Source: Chthoniobacterales bacterium (GTDB taxonomy: Bacteria; Verrucomicrobiota; Verrucomicrobiia; Chthoniobacterales; Chthoniobacteraceae). From it: 64,000 nt of DNA. A program made the position numbers and the translations under genes. Below the pieces are notes generated by a model. It did no database searches, was not told where the DNA came from, and saw only the letters and a program-made list of their open reading frames with translations. The DNA lies in NCBI GenBank assembly GCA_038207335.1, contig JBBQZX010000028.1, positions 15,149 to 79,148 of the forward strand, in the 5' to 3' direction. This document shows, one piece after another, positions 8,424-17,586 of the stretch (its first letter is position 1; every line of letters begins with the position of its first letter).

Positions 8424-8476
8424 GCCTAACTCTGAATTGGACGAAATGGTTTCGCAATTAAAGGCGAAATGGTTTC
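8424..8476 (-). other. attI-like site (cassette insertion point)
   Basis: Minus: GAAACCATTTCG twice (8465-8476, 8442-8453), then tccaattcaga-GTTAGGC. No attC-type hairpin. GTTAGGCCG is the exact complement of CGGCCTAAC in the downstream attC. Confidence 0.6.
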
Positions 8477-8610
8477 TTCTATTTCGGAGGGGGCTTGGAG
8501 GGCATGGGTGGGAGGTGAACAGCCGGAGGGGTGAATGGCAAGGGGGAAGGAGGGATGCAACCTCTTCGATGGATGCTGCTTCCGCTCCATTCAATGTCCT
8601 GCTGCACTCG

Positions 8611-8765
8611 TGCAACGGGCCTCGGGAGCGATGCAGCGGGCTTCGGGAGCCATGCAACGGGCTTCGGGAGCGGTGCAGTCTGCCTCGGGAGCGGTGCAGT
8701 GGTTACGCCGGATTACGAATGTGGGCACCGGATCACGAATATGCCACGCCGGATTACGACATAGG
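8611..8765. repeat. Degenerate 21-bp tandem repeat array
   Basis: Four tgcaacgggcctcgggagcga-type units at 8611, 8632, 8653 and 8674, then three ccggat(t/c)acga units at 8708, 8728 and 8749. Confidence 0.85.
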
Positions 8766-9008
8766 CATCATGATGCCTGAGCGGCTTACCAAATATTTTG
8801 GCGATTTGCGAGCAGTTTTTGGCTCGTCGAGTGTGCGGATTTTACCAGTGGTGGAGGCGATGGCGGCGAGGAGGCATCGGATGCCGTTTTGTCAGTATGT
8901 CACCCGGGGCGGCGAAGATGGCCGCGCTGCAATTCTTTTTGTGGGCGTTGGTTGCGCTTGGCAGGGTGCGGGAGTTGTGCTGAATTCCCGGCCCGCTTTT
9001 CTGGCACT

Positions 9009-10088
9009 GTGTCTCTTCGCAAAACTCTATTGGTTTTTTTCGCCGGGTGGTTTGTCGCCATCTCGGTGCTGCATGCTCGGTTGAACCCGGATTCGGTGCG
9101 GGGTTTGTGGGAGTATTTCGCGGATTTTACGAGGAAGACGGGTGGGGTTTCGACGGGGCCGTTTCGGATCGGGTTCCTGCCGGTGACGTGTCACCTGACG
9201 TGCCCGGTGACGGATTTCATCAATAAGCAGGTGACGGGGCATGGGGCGTTTGAGCCGGTGCGGTTCAATAGCTGGCCGGAGTTGAAGGAGGCTTACATCG
9301 CGGGGCATACGCCTGCGACTTTCATCCTGGCGCCGATGGCGATCGCGCTGCGGGAGCAGGGGGTGCGGATCAAGATCGTGTATCTGGGGCATCGGGATGG
9401 GTCTGCGGTGATGGTGCACAAGGATTCGAGGATTTTCCGGATGGAGGATCTGCGGGGGAAGCGGATCGCGGTGCCGAATCGCTACTCGAATCAGCGGCTG
9501 CTTTTCTTCCGGGCGCTGAAGGCGGCGGGGATGAAGCCGGCGGATGTGGAGATGCTGGAGATGCCGCCGCCGGATATGCCTGCGGCGCTTTACTCGAAGG
9601 CGGTGGATGCGATTTGCTCGGGGGAGCCGTTCATGGCGCAGACGGAGCTGGATGGGTATGGGCGGGTGCTGTGGCTGACGAAGGATGTGTGGCCGAATTT
9701 CATCTCGTGTGTGCTGGCGGTGGATGAGGAGGTGATCGCGACGCGGCGGGCGGATGTGCAGGCGCTGGTGAATGGGATCGCAAGGAGCGGGAAGTGGCTG
9801 GATGAGAGCATGGATCACCGGATGAGCGCGGCGCGGTTTGTGTCGAAGAACTACTATATGCAGGATCCGCGGCTGCTGAGCTTCGTGCTGAGCAAGCCGC
9901 CGGATCGGGTGAAGTACACGCGGCTGGAGCCGCTGGCGCCGGACTTTGCGGAGATCGAGGAGCTGGGACGGGAGTCGGGGATTTTGAAGGGGACGGCGCA
10001 TTTTAAGGATTACGTGGATCCGTCGTTCGCGGAGGCGGCGCTGAAGGATGCGGAGCCGTGGAAGTACGAGGGGGAGGCGGGGGAATGA
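9009..10088 (+). CDS. NitT/TauT-family ABC transporter substrate-binding protein (NrtA/CmpA/SsuA-like)
   Basis: RIGFLPVTCHL, DLRGKRIAVP, MPPPDMPAAL and GEPF motifs; probable GTG start at 9009; operon with permease and ATPase. Confidence 0.88.
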   Translation: MSLRKTLLVFFAGWFVAISVLHARLNPDSVRGLWEYFADFTRKTGGVSTGPFRIGFLPVTCHLTCPVTDFINKQVTGHGAFEPVRFNSWPELKEAYIAGHTPATFILAPMAIALREQGVRIKIVYLGHRDGSAVMVHKDSRIFRMEDLRGKRIAVPNRYSNQRLLFFRALKAAGMKPADVEMLEMPPPDMPAALYSKAVDAICSGEPFMAQTELDGYGRVLWLTKDVWPNFISCVLAVDEEVIATRRADVQALVNGIARSGKWLDESMDHRMSAARFVSKNYYMQDPRLLSFVLSKPPDRVKYTRLEPLAPDFAEIEELGRESGILKGTAHFKDYVDPSFAEAALKDAEPWKYEGEAGE

Positions 10089-10855
10089 GCGGGGATCGGG
10101 CGTGGCTGAAGGTGGCGCTGCCGGTGGGGGTGGCGGTGATATTCCTGCTGGCGTGGGATGCCGCGGTGCGGGTGTCGGCGAGCGAGGTGTTCCCGCGTCC
10201 GCTGGAGGTGGCGCGCGGCATCGGGGAACTCGCGCAGAAGGGGCTGCTGGTGAAATATATCGTGGCGTCGCTGTTCCGCGTGACGTGGGGCTTCGGGCTG
10301 GCGGTGGTGGTCGGGGTGCCGTTCGGGTTGTTTCTCGGGTGGTTCTCGCTGGCCTACGTGGCGTTCAATCCGATGCTGCAGATCTTTCGCCCGATCTCGC
10401 CGATCGCGTGGATCCCGGTGGCGATCCTGTGGTTTGGCATCACCGATCTGGCGCCGATCTTCCTGATCTTCCTCGCGAGCGTCTTCCCCATCGCGCTCTC
10501 GGCCACCTCCGCCGTGCAGAATATGCAGCCGGTCTATCTCCGCGCGGCGCAGAACTTCGGCCTCTCGCGGCTCCAGCTCTTCCGGCGCGTGATCTTCCCG
10601 TCGTGCCTGCCGCAGATCATCACGGGGCTCCGCATCGCGCTCGGCATCGCATGGCTCGTGGTCGTCGCGGCGGAGATGATCGCGGTGAACTCGGGCCTCG
10701 GATACCTCATTATCGACGCGCGAAACGCGGGCAAACGCTACGACCTCGTGGTTGCCGGGATGGTGCTGATCGGGATCATCGGCCTGCTGCTCGACCTGCT
10801 CGTGCGCCGGCTGGAGCGCTTCGATGAAGTGCGCTGGGGGTACGCGAGCCGATGA
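10085..10855 (+). CDS. NitT/TauT-family ABC transporter permease
   Basis: RPISPIAWIP and VVVAAEMIAVNSGLGY motifs; ATGA overlaps on both sides. Confidence 0.92.
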   Translation: MSGDRAWLKVALPVGVAVIFLLAWDAAVRVSASEVFPRPLEVARGIGELAQKGLLVKYIVASLFRVTWGFGLAVVVGVPFGLFLGWFSLAYVAFNPMLQIFRPISPIAWIPVAILWFGITDLAPIFLIFLASVFPIALSATSAVQNMQPVYLRAAQNFGLSRLQLFRRVIFPSCLPQIITGLRIALGIAWLVVVAAEMIAVNSGLGYLIIDARNAGKRYDLVVAGMVLIGIIGLLLDLLVRRLERFDEVRWGYASR

Positions 10856-11670
10856 GCAATTCTGCGAGCGCCATCTCGGTCCGCGATCTGTGGATGAGCT
10901 TCCCTGGCAAGCAGTCCGGGCAGCAGATTCATGTGCTGGAGCGCATCGATCTCGATGTCGCGCCGGGGGAATTCGTCTGCATCGTCGGGCCCTCCGGCTG
11001 CGGCAAATCGACGCTCTTGAATATCATCGGCGGCTTCCTGCGGCAGACACGCGGGGAGGCAATCGTGGAGGGGAAGCCTGTGACCGGTCCCGATCCGCGG
11101 CGCATCTTTGTCTTCCAGGAGAATGGCGTTTTCCCGTGGCTCACCGTCCGCGAGAACATCGGCTTCGGCCTGCTCGCTAAACCCGATGCGGAGCGCGAGA
11201 AGATCGTCGCGCATTATACCGAGATGGTCGGTCTGGGCGGCTTCGAGAGTGCCTACCCGCGCGAACTCTCCGGCGGCATGAGGCAGCGCGTCGAGATCGC
11301 GCGCGCCCTCGCGGCTGACCCGCACATTATCTATATGGATGAGCCATTCGGCGCGCTGGACTTCATCACGAGGCTGAAGATGCGCGCCGATCTCGTGCGC
11401 ATCTGGCAGGCGGAGAAAAAGACGATCCTTTTCGTGACGCACGACATCGAGGAGGCGGTGCAGCTCGCCGACCGCGTCATCATCATGAGCCGCCGCCCGG
11501 CGACCATTCAACAGGTCGTGCCTGTCCCGCTTCCGCGCCCGCGCGATCTCGACTCGCCCGGCTACCTGCGCACCCGCGACACGATCTTCGAGGCGATGGG
11601 CATGAGCCTCCGAATCGGGGAGTCGCTCACTTCGACTCGTGCCGGAACTCCTCCGTTACCTGCGCGATGA
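10852..11670 (+). CDS. NitT/TauT-family ABC transporter ATP-binding protein
   Basis: Walker A GPSGCGKST, LSGGMRQR, MDEPFGALD, VTHDIEEA. Confidence 0.94.
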   Translation: MSNSASAISVRDLWMSFPGKQSGQQIHVLERIDLDVAPGEFVCIVGPSGCGKSTLLNIIGGFLRQTRGEAIVEGKPVTGPDPRRIFVFQENGVFPWLTVRENIGFGLLAKPDAEREKIVAHYTEMVGLGGFESAYPRELSGGMRQRVEIARALAADPHIIYMDEPFGALDFITRLKMRADLVRIWQAEKKTILFVTHDIEEAVQLADRVIIMSRRPATIQQVVPVPLPRPRDLDSPGYLRTRDTIFEAMGMSLRIGESLTSTRAGTPPLPAR

Positions 11671-12172
11671 GGAAGCCGAACTTCCGCACCGAGTCGCGGT
11701 TGATCATCGTGCGACCGTCCGGCTGGAGATACATGCGCTGCGTCATCGACACGTTGTAGAGCGGATTCCCCGGCTTGGTTGCCAGCGTGAATTTCCACTG
11801 GAACATATTCCCGCTCGCCACGCCGTGCGCCTTGCCGATTACGTCGTTCGCCGTCGCCTCGAAGTGATGCGCGTCGATCCGCCGCATCCGCCACGAGCGG
11901 TGCTGCTTTGGCTTGTTGCCCATGTAGAGGTCCTGCTCCATGTGCAACTCCCCATCGACCACGCGGCCCCACGTCTCGGTGATGATCTGAGTGGTAGGCG
12001 CACCGCCGCTATTTTCCAGCACGCCCCACGAGCGTGTGTGGCCGGTGTAAAAGGCGAGGGGGTCGAATGCCGGACGGTTTGCCGCGAAGTCGGCGGGTTT
12101 CAGGGAGCCCGCGCACGCCGTGGAGAGCGAAAGGAGCGTCAGCAGGGCGAGACGGAAAAGAGTTCGATTCAT
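11627..12172 (-). CDS. DUF3833-like lipoprotein
   Basis: Lipobox-like STAC; FDPLAFYTGHTRSWG, W..RR, MYLQPDG..INR...RKFG pattern. Confidence 0.7.
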   Translation of the reverse strand: MNRTLFRLALLTLLSLSTACAGSLKPADFAANRPAFDPLAFYTGHTRSWGVLENSGGAPTTQIITETWGRVVDGELHMEQDLYMGNKPKQHRSWRMRRIDAHHFEATANDVIGKAHGVASGNMFQWKFTLATKPGNPLYNVSMTQRMYLQPDGRTMINRDSVRKFGFLIAQVTEEFRHESK

Positions 12173-13278
12173 GCGGGTGAAACGTCGGCGGGACTCGGGG
12201 CGGTTGCATCGATGCTGCCGCTGCGGATGTGCAGGTCGCGCTGGGGGAAGGGGATTTCGATGCCGGCTTCGCGGAGGCCGCGTTCGATGGCGAAGTTCAA
12301 GTCGCTGCGGAAGCGGCGCGGGCGGTAGCTCATTTCGTCGCTCCAGACGGCGAGTTCGAAGTCCAGCGAGCTGTCGCCGAAGCCGCTGAAGAAGACGCTG
12401 GGCTCGGGGGTCTTGAGCGCGTGCTCGTTGGCGGCGGCGACGGCCAGCAGGACGGCGCGCACTTTCTCGAGGTCGCTGCCGTAGGCGACGCCGACGGGGA
12501 TGCGAAAGCGGACGCGTGGGTCGTCGTGGCTCCAGTTGGTGACGGTGGAGGTGACGAAGAGGGAGTTCGGCACGATCATCGCGATGTTGTCGTTGGTGAC
12601 GACCGTGGTGCTGCGGGCGCGGATGCGTCGCACCTGGCCCGCGACTTTATCCACCTCCACGCGGTCGCCGATGCGGATGGGCCGCTCGAGGAGGATGATG
12701 AGGCCGCTGATGAAATTGCGGGTGATATCCTGGAGGCCAAAGCCGAGCCCGACGCCGAGCGCCCCTGCGAAGACGGCGAGCGCCGAGAGGTCGATCCCGG
12801 CATTTTGAAAGACGAGCGCGGCGACGACGATGAGGATGAGGTATCCGACGATCTGCGCGATGGTGTATTGCAGCGCGCGGTCGAGGCCGCTGGTGCTCAG
12901 GAAGCGGGTGAAGAAGAAGCGCTTTGCCCACGCCGAAAACCAGAAGGCCAGCGCGAGCAGGATGAGCAGTCGCAGGACGACGAGGAGGCTGAGGCTGAGG
13001 CCGGGGATGCGCGCGTCCCAGTTGATGGGGATGCCGCCGGTATCGAGCCCGGCGACGGAGCAGCCGACGAGGGCCATGAGGGCGACGGTGGCGGTGACGA
13101 CGCCGACGTGCGCCTTATCGATGCCAAACTTCGTGAACCACCGCCGCACGAGGTCGCTCTGGATGGCGGCGGAGAGGAGGAAGCCGACGGTGACGAACAC
13201 GGCGAACGCAGCGACTCCGGCGAGGGAGATCCAGTGGTCGAGGAGTATGAAGCGGGGTTCGTAAAACCAGAGAGGCAT
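12169..13278 (-). CDS. Small-conductance mechanosensitive channel (MscS family)
   Basis: GALGVGLGFGLQD, ERPIRIGD, IVPNS, VGVAYGSD and EIPFPQRD motifs; probable start at 13278. Confidence 0.92.
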   Translation of the reverse strand: MPLWFYEPRFILLDHWISLAGVAAFAVFVTVGFLLSAAIQSDLVRRWFTKFGIDKAHVGVVTATVALMALVGCSVAGLDTGGIPINWDARIPGLSLSLLVVLRLLILLALAFWFSAWAKRFFFTRFLSTSGLDRALQYTIAQIVGYLILIVVAALVFQNAGIDLSALAVFAGALGVGLGFGLQDITRNFISGLIILLERPIRIGDRVEVDKVAGQVRRIRARSTTVVTNDNIAMIVPNSLFVTSTVTNWSHDDPRVRFRIPVGVAYGSDLEKVRAVLLAVAAANEHALKTPEPSVFFSGFGDSSLDFELAVWSDEMSYRPRRFRSDLNFAIERGLREAGIEIPFPQRDLHIRSGSIDATAPSPADVSPA

Positions 13279-13667
13279 GGGAAAGGGTCGGGGTGAGAGA
13301 AGGTGAATCGCGCGCGAATGCCAGTGCGCGCCCGTCTCGGCGAGAATGTCGCGGAAGCCGGGGATGGGTTGCCAGAGGCGGCTGGCATACACGCGGGTGC
13401 GGCGTTACCGGGGAAGGCTCACAGGGGCTTCCGCGAGGTCGCGGATGGCATTCCACGGATTCCTATTCGGGAGCTACAAATGGGCGAAATGAGACAGGTT
13501 TTGGCAAAATCCTCAACTTTGAAACCCATCGCGAGAGACCCGATGGCGCGATTTTCACCCGGACGATGCGGTCGCGAATGGGCTGCGCCGTTTCTGCCAA
13601 TCGCCTCTGGGCTGCCAAATAAGTCGATCTTGCAAATTCGCGGGAGAATCCGAAGGTTTTTGGCCGG

Positions 13668-15110
13668 ATGAATCATGCTTTTTTCAAGACTCAGACGGAG
13701 ATCACGCGGCGGCACTTTTTTGGGAGATGCGGGGTGGGGCTGGGGGTGATCGCGCTGAATGAGATGCTGGCGCGGGATGGCTTCGGGGCGCGGGTGGCGA
13801 TTGATCCGGCGCATCCGATGGCGCCGCGGGCACCGCACTTTCCGGCGAAGATCAAGAATGTGATCTATTTGTTCATGGCGGGGGGGCCGAGTCAGCTCGA
13901 TCTTTTCGATCATAAGCCGAAGCTGGTGGAACTGAGTGGGCAGGTGCCGCCGGCGAGCCTCATGTCGGGGAGGCGGTTCGCGTTTCTGAAGGGGAATGAG
14001 ACGCTGCTGGGGAGTCCGCGGAAGTTTGAGCGGGCGGGGCAGTGCGGGATGACGCTGAGTGAGCTGCTGCCGCATCACCGGGAGATCGCGGATGAGGTGT
14101 GCTGGTTGCAGGGGATGACGACGGATGTGTTTAATCACGGGCCGGCGAAGTTGTTTATGAATACGGGGTTCCAGAATCCGGGGCGGCCGAGTCTGGGGGC
14201 TTGGACGACGTATGGGCTGGGGAGTGAGTCGCGGGATTTGCCGGGTTTTGTGGTGATGCAGTCGGGGCCGAGGGGGCCGCGAGGGGGGAGTTCGCTGTGG
14301 AGCAGTGGGTTTTTGCCGACGTCGTTTCAGGGGGTGCCGTTTCGGAGCAGTGGGAATCCGATCTTGAATCTGCACAGTCCGGCGGGGCTGACGGTGGAGC
14401 GGGAGCGCGACTTTTATGACACGGTGGCGGCGCTGAATCGGGCGCGGCTGGAGGAGGTGGGGGACCCGGAGATCATGACGCGGATCAATGCCTACGAGGT
14501 GGCGTGCCGGATGCAGACGAGCGCGCCGGAGTTGATGGAGCTGGGGAAGGAAACGCCCGAGACGCTGGCGCTGTATGGAGCGGAGCCGGGGGTGGCGAGT
14601 TTCGCGAATAACTGTCTGCTGGCGCGGCGGCTGGTGGAGCGCGGGACGCGCTTTGTGCAGCTCTACCATACGGACTGGGATCATCACGGGGACAAGAAGA
14701 ACAACCTGAGCGATTCGATCGAGCTAAGGGCGCGGGAGGTGGATCGCGCGAGCGCGGCGCTGGTGCTGGACTTGAAGCGGCGCGGGTTGCTGGAGAGCAC
14801 GCTGGTGATTTGGGGAGGGGAATTTGGGCGCACGCCGATGGGGGAAAAGCGTGAGACGCTGGGGAGGGATCATCACATCGATGCGTTCACGATGTGGATG
14901 GCGGGGGGAGGGGTGAAGCCGGGGATCTTCGGCGCGACGGATGAGCTGGGCTTCGGAGTGGTGGAGGGAAAGGTGCACGTCCACGACCTGAATGCGACGA
15001 TCCTGCATCTGCTGGGCTTCGATCACGAGAAGCTGACCTATCGCTTCCAAGGTCGCGACTTTCGCCTGACGGATGTGCACGGCGAGGTGGTGAAAGACGT
15101 GCTGGCGTGA
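13668..15110 (+). CDS. DUF1501 domain protein (PVC-type, Tat signal)
   Basis: TRRHFF Tat motif; LFMAGGPSQLDLFDHKP, CLLARRLVERG, WGGEFGRTP, GRDHH and FRLTDVHG. Confidence 0.92.
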   Translation: MNHAFFKTQTEITRRHFFGRCGVGLGVIALNEMLARDGFGARVAIDPAHPMAPRAPHFPAKIKNVIYLFMAGGPSQLDLFDHKPKLVELSGQVPPASLMSGRRFAFLKGNETLLGSPRKFERAGQCGMTLSELLPHHREIADEVCWLQGMTTDVFNHGPAKLFMNTGFQNPGRPSLGAWTTYGLGSESRDLPGFVVMQSGPRGPRGGSSLWSSGFLPTSFQGVPFRSSGNPILNLHSPAGLTVERERDFYDTVAALNRARLEEVGDPEIMTRINAYEVACRMQTSAPELMELGKETPETLALYGAEPGVASFANNCLLARRLVERGTRFVQLYHTDWDHHGDKKNNLSDSIELRAREVDRASAALVLDLKRRGLLESTLVIWGGEFGRTPMGEKRETLGRDHHIDAFTMWMAGGGVKPGIFGATDELGFGVVEGKVHVHDLNATILHLLGFDHEKLTYRFQGRDFRLTDVHGEVVKDVLA

Positions 15111-15118
15111 GGGCGTGA

Positions 15119-15457
15119 TTAGCTCGCAACGACCAGCGCGACGCCGCCGCTGATGAGGAGGACGCCGAGCCAGAGGCTGGGGGTCATTTTCTCGCGGAGA
15201 AACACGGAGGCGCCGAGGAGGAGGAGGATGCGGTTCAGGGCGTCAAAGGGGTAGAGGAAGCTGAGGTTGAACTTCGAGAGGAGGCCGAGCCAGAGGAAGA
15301 AATTGAGGGCCATGACGGCGATGCCAGCGAGGAAGATGGCGAGGAATTTTGCGCGCGTCGCGGAGTCCGGGAGGGTCATGGCGCGCTTGAAGAAGAGCTG
15401 ACCGGCGACAGCGCAGATTTCGCTGAGGAGGACGAGGAGAAGGTTGGCAAGGCTCAC
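15119..15457 (-). CDS. Small DMT/SMR-type membrane protein (ArnE/ArnF/EamA-like)
   Basis: GTG at 15457 overlaps the upstream stop; GQLFFK, LS.LYP, FLREK and 4 TM helices. Confidence 0.8.
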   Translation of the reverse strand: MSLANLLLVLLSEICAVAGQLFFKRAMTLPDSATRAKFLAIFLAGIAVMALNFFLWLGLLSKFNLSFLYPFDALNRILLLLGASVFLREKMTPSLWLGVLLISGGVALVVAS

Positions 15458-15852
15458 AGCTTTTGCTCGACGCGGACGAGGGGCCGCGCGGTGACGATGA
15501 CGCCGAGGACGACGAGCGTGATGCCGAGCCAGCGAAGGGGGTTGATCTTCTCGCCGAGCAGGAGCCAGCAGCTCAGCGGGACGAGGACTTGGATGAGGCC
15601 GGTGAGATTGTAGGCGACGTTCAGCGCGATGAATCGCAAGGCGTATAGCCACGAGGTGAGGCTGCCGATATGGGCGAGGATGCCGAGCCAGACCCACGCG
15701 GAGCCGAGGCCCGCGAAGCCGAGTGTGGCGCCGTGGACCGACTCGTCGGCGCCGCGCTTGAGGAGGAGTTGCGCGGTGGCGGAGAGGAGGATGCTGACGG
15801 CAACTTGCATGTACGGACTCGCGAATCCGGTGCGCGGTGCGGGCGTCGGCAT
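15454..15852 (-). CDS. Small DMT/SMR-type membrane protein (ArnE/ArnF/EamA-like)
   Basis: AQLLLKRG, LNVAY, LLGEKI..RWLG and 4 TM helices. Confidence 0.82.
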   Translation of the reverse strand: MPTPAPRTGFASPYMQVAVSILLSATAQLLLKRGADESVHGATLGFAGLGSAWVWLGILAHIGSLTSWLYALRFIALNVAYNLTGLIQVLVPLSCWLLLGEKINPLRWLGITLVVLGVIVTARPLVRVEQKL

Positions 15853-15861
15853 CGGGCGCGG

Positions 15862-17049
15862 TCAGCGGAGTTCGTGCGCGTTTGGGAAGCGCGCGAGCGT
15901 GGGATCGTGGCGCGTGGGCTCGAGGTATTTGAGCGCGAATTTGAAGATGGGATTCAGCAGCGGTGAGGTGTGCCGGGCGTAGAGGTCCTGCGGCGCGAGC
16001 GCGAGGCGGAGGTGGAGCTTCGGGTCGTAATTGAGCGGGCCGGTGTGGTAGCTCTTCACGCCATTCGCAAGGCCCCACTCAATGATGTCGCGCCAGGTGA
16101 CGAAGTAGAGATGCAGGTCGAGCGCGACCGCGTAATCGAGGCCGACGCCGAGGTCGTGCAGCTCGCCGTCGTGCACGAGGCAGAGGCTGAATGCGACGAG
16201 CTTTCCATTTTGCCGCCAGAGGAAAAAGCGCGCGCGCTCGGGCATGAGCGCGCCGATCATTTTGAAGTAATCGGGGGTGAGCTTTTCAAACTGCAAATGC
16301 GAGCGCTCGAAGGTCTGGAGGTAGAGCGGGTAGAGTTCGTCGAGGAACGGCGCGGCGTCGCTGACGACCTCCATCTCGAGCGGCGCGGCGGTGGTGAGGG
16401 CCTTGAATTTACGCCGCAGGTTTTTGCGGAAAACTTTGCTCAGCCGCGTCTGCATGTATTCCTCGAAACTCGCGAACTCGAGGCGCAGCGTGGCGCCCGG
16501 CATCGACGGGACGCGGCGGTATCCATTGGTCGAAAACGGACGGAGTGGCTCGCGATATTCCGACGGGAAATCTTTCAGCAAAACGACGGATGCGCCGGCG
16601 TGCCGCATGTAGAGATCGAGCGCGGCGTGGAGGCACTCGACCGCCCACGGAGCGAGCGTGTGCAGGTGGCCTTCGCCGGCGGAGCAGCCGACCATGAGCA
16701 TCCGCATTTTCAAAAAGCGCGGCCATCTGCGGCGCACGGCGGCGAAGGTGTCGCGGATGCGCGCGGGGAGGCCAGTGGTCAGGTCTTGATCGACGAAAAA
16801 GAACGGTTGGATCGCGACCTCGCCGGTGCCGTGATTTTCAAGGACGAAGTAACGATGGTCGAACTGCGCGCTGAGTGTCTGCTCGGCGACCTCGTAATAG
16901 CGCAGGTCTTTGCAATGCTGTGCGAATGCGCGGGTGCGGCGCTCGGGCGCGATTTCGGAAATGGAGCGGATTACGGAGGCGCGCCCGAACGGTGTTTCCG
17001 CCGCGGGAAAATCGTGGCCGGTGCTGCGGGGAGACTCAGATGTGGGCAC
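15862..17049 (-). CDS. GNAT/FemAB-like acyl- or aminoacyl-transferase
   Basis: SFEEY..RLS...RKNLRRK, FEKLTPDYF, GLDY and NYDPK..L pattern of tandem-GNAT proteins. Confidence 0.75.
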   Translation of the reverse strand: MPTSESPRSTGHDFPAAETPFGRASVIRSISEIAPERRTRAFAQHCKDLRYYEVAEQTLSAQFDHRYFVLENHGTGEVAIQPFFFVDQDLTTGLPARIRDTFAAVRRRWPRFLKMRMLMVGCSAGEGHLHTLAPWAVECLHAALDLYMRHAGASVVLLKDFPSEYREPLRPFSTNGYRRVPSMPGATLRLEFASFEEYMQTRLSKVFRKNLRRKFKALTTAAPLEMEVVSDAAPFLDELYPLYLQTFERSHLQFEKLTPDYFKMIGALMPERARFFLWRQNGKLVAFSLCLVHDGELHDLGVGLDYAVALDLHLYFVTWRDIIEWGLANGVKSYHTGPLNYDPKLHLRLALAPQDLYARHTSPLLNPIFKFALKYLEPTRHDPTLARFPNAHELR

Positions 17050-17138
17050 GGGATTGATGGACGCGAATGATGAGAATTTCGGGCGCGGATTGAAATGCCG
17101 TTTGTGCCGCGGAAAGCCACTCGTAAAATCGCAGGCAC

Positions 17139-17585
17139 ATGCAAACTCGCTCGTCTCGGACTTGGTTTCTGTTTTCGGTCGCAGCTTGGATGCCGGTTGT
17201 GGCAGCCGTCGCGCTGTTATTTTCGAGCGGCGGGGCGAGTGCCGCCGGCGATCATGGGATCACCGAGAAGTCTGTGCCGGCGGATGTTTTCGCGGAGATG
17301 AGCCGCAAGTTTTTGCCGGAGAAAGCGCGGGGTGTTCATGCGCGATATTTGTTCGACCTGAGCGGGCCGAACGGCGGGAAATGGTGGATCACGGTCGATG
17401 ACGGCGCATTCAAAATGGGACGCGGTAATTTGGAAAAGCCGGACGTGGTGATCGCGACAAGCGACCAGGATTGGGTGCGACTATCGACCGGTTCGCTCGG
17501 CGGCACGCGCGCGTTTTTGACAGGCCGCCTGAAGTTCCAAGGTGACCGCGGGCTGGCTCACAAATTGGATGAGTTTTTCCCGTAG
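17139..17585 (+). CDS. SCP2 sterol/lipid-binding domain protein with an apparent signal peptide
   Basis: FDLSGPNGGKWWITV, PDVVI and AFLTGRLKFQGD..LA motifs; hydrophobic N-terminus ending ASAA. Confidence 0.8.
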   Translation: MQTRSSRTWFLFSVAAWMPVVAAVALLFSSGGASAAGDHGITEKSVPADVFAEMSRKFLPEKARGVHARYLFDLSGPNGGKWWITVDDGAFKMGRGNLEKPDVVIATSDQDWVRLSTGSLGGTRAFLTGRLKFQGDRGLAHKLDEFFP

Positions 17586-17586
17586 A

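Noticed and set aside
8437..9084. 215-aa ORF as the missing integron integrase
   Set aside because: No tyrosine recombinase R-H-R-Y motifs; it is mostly translated repeat and overlaps the ABC gene.
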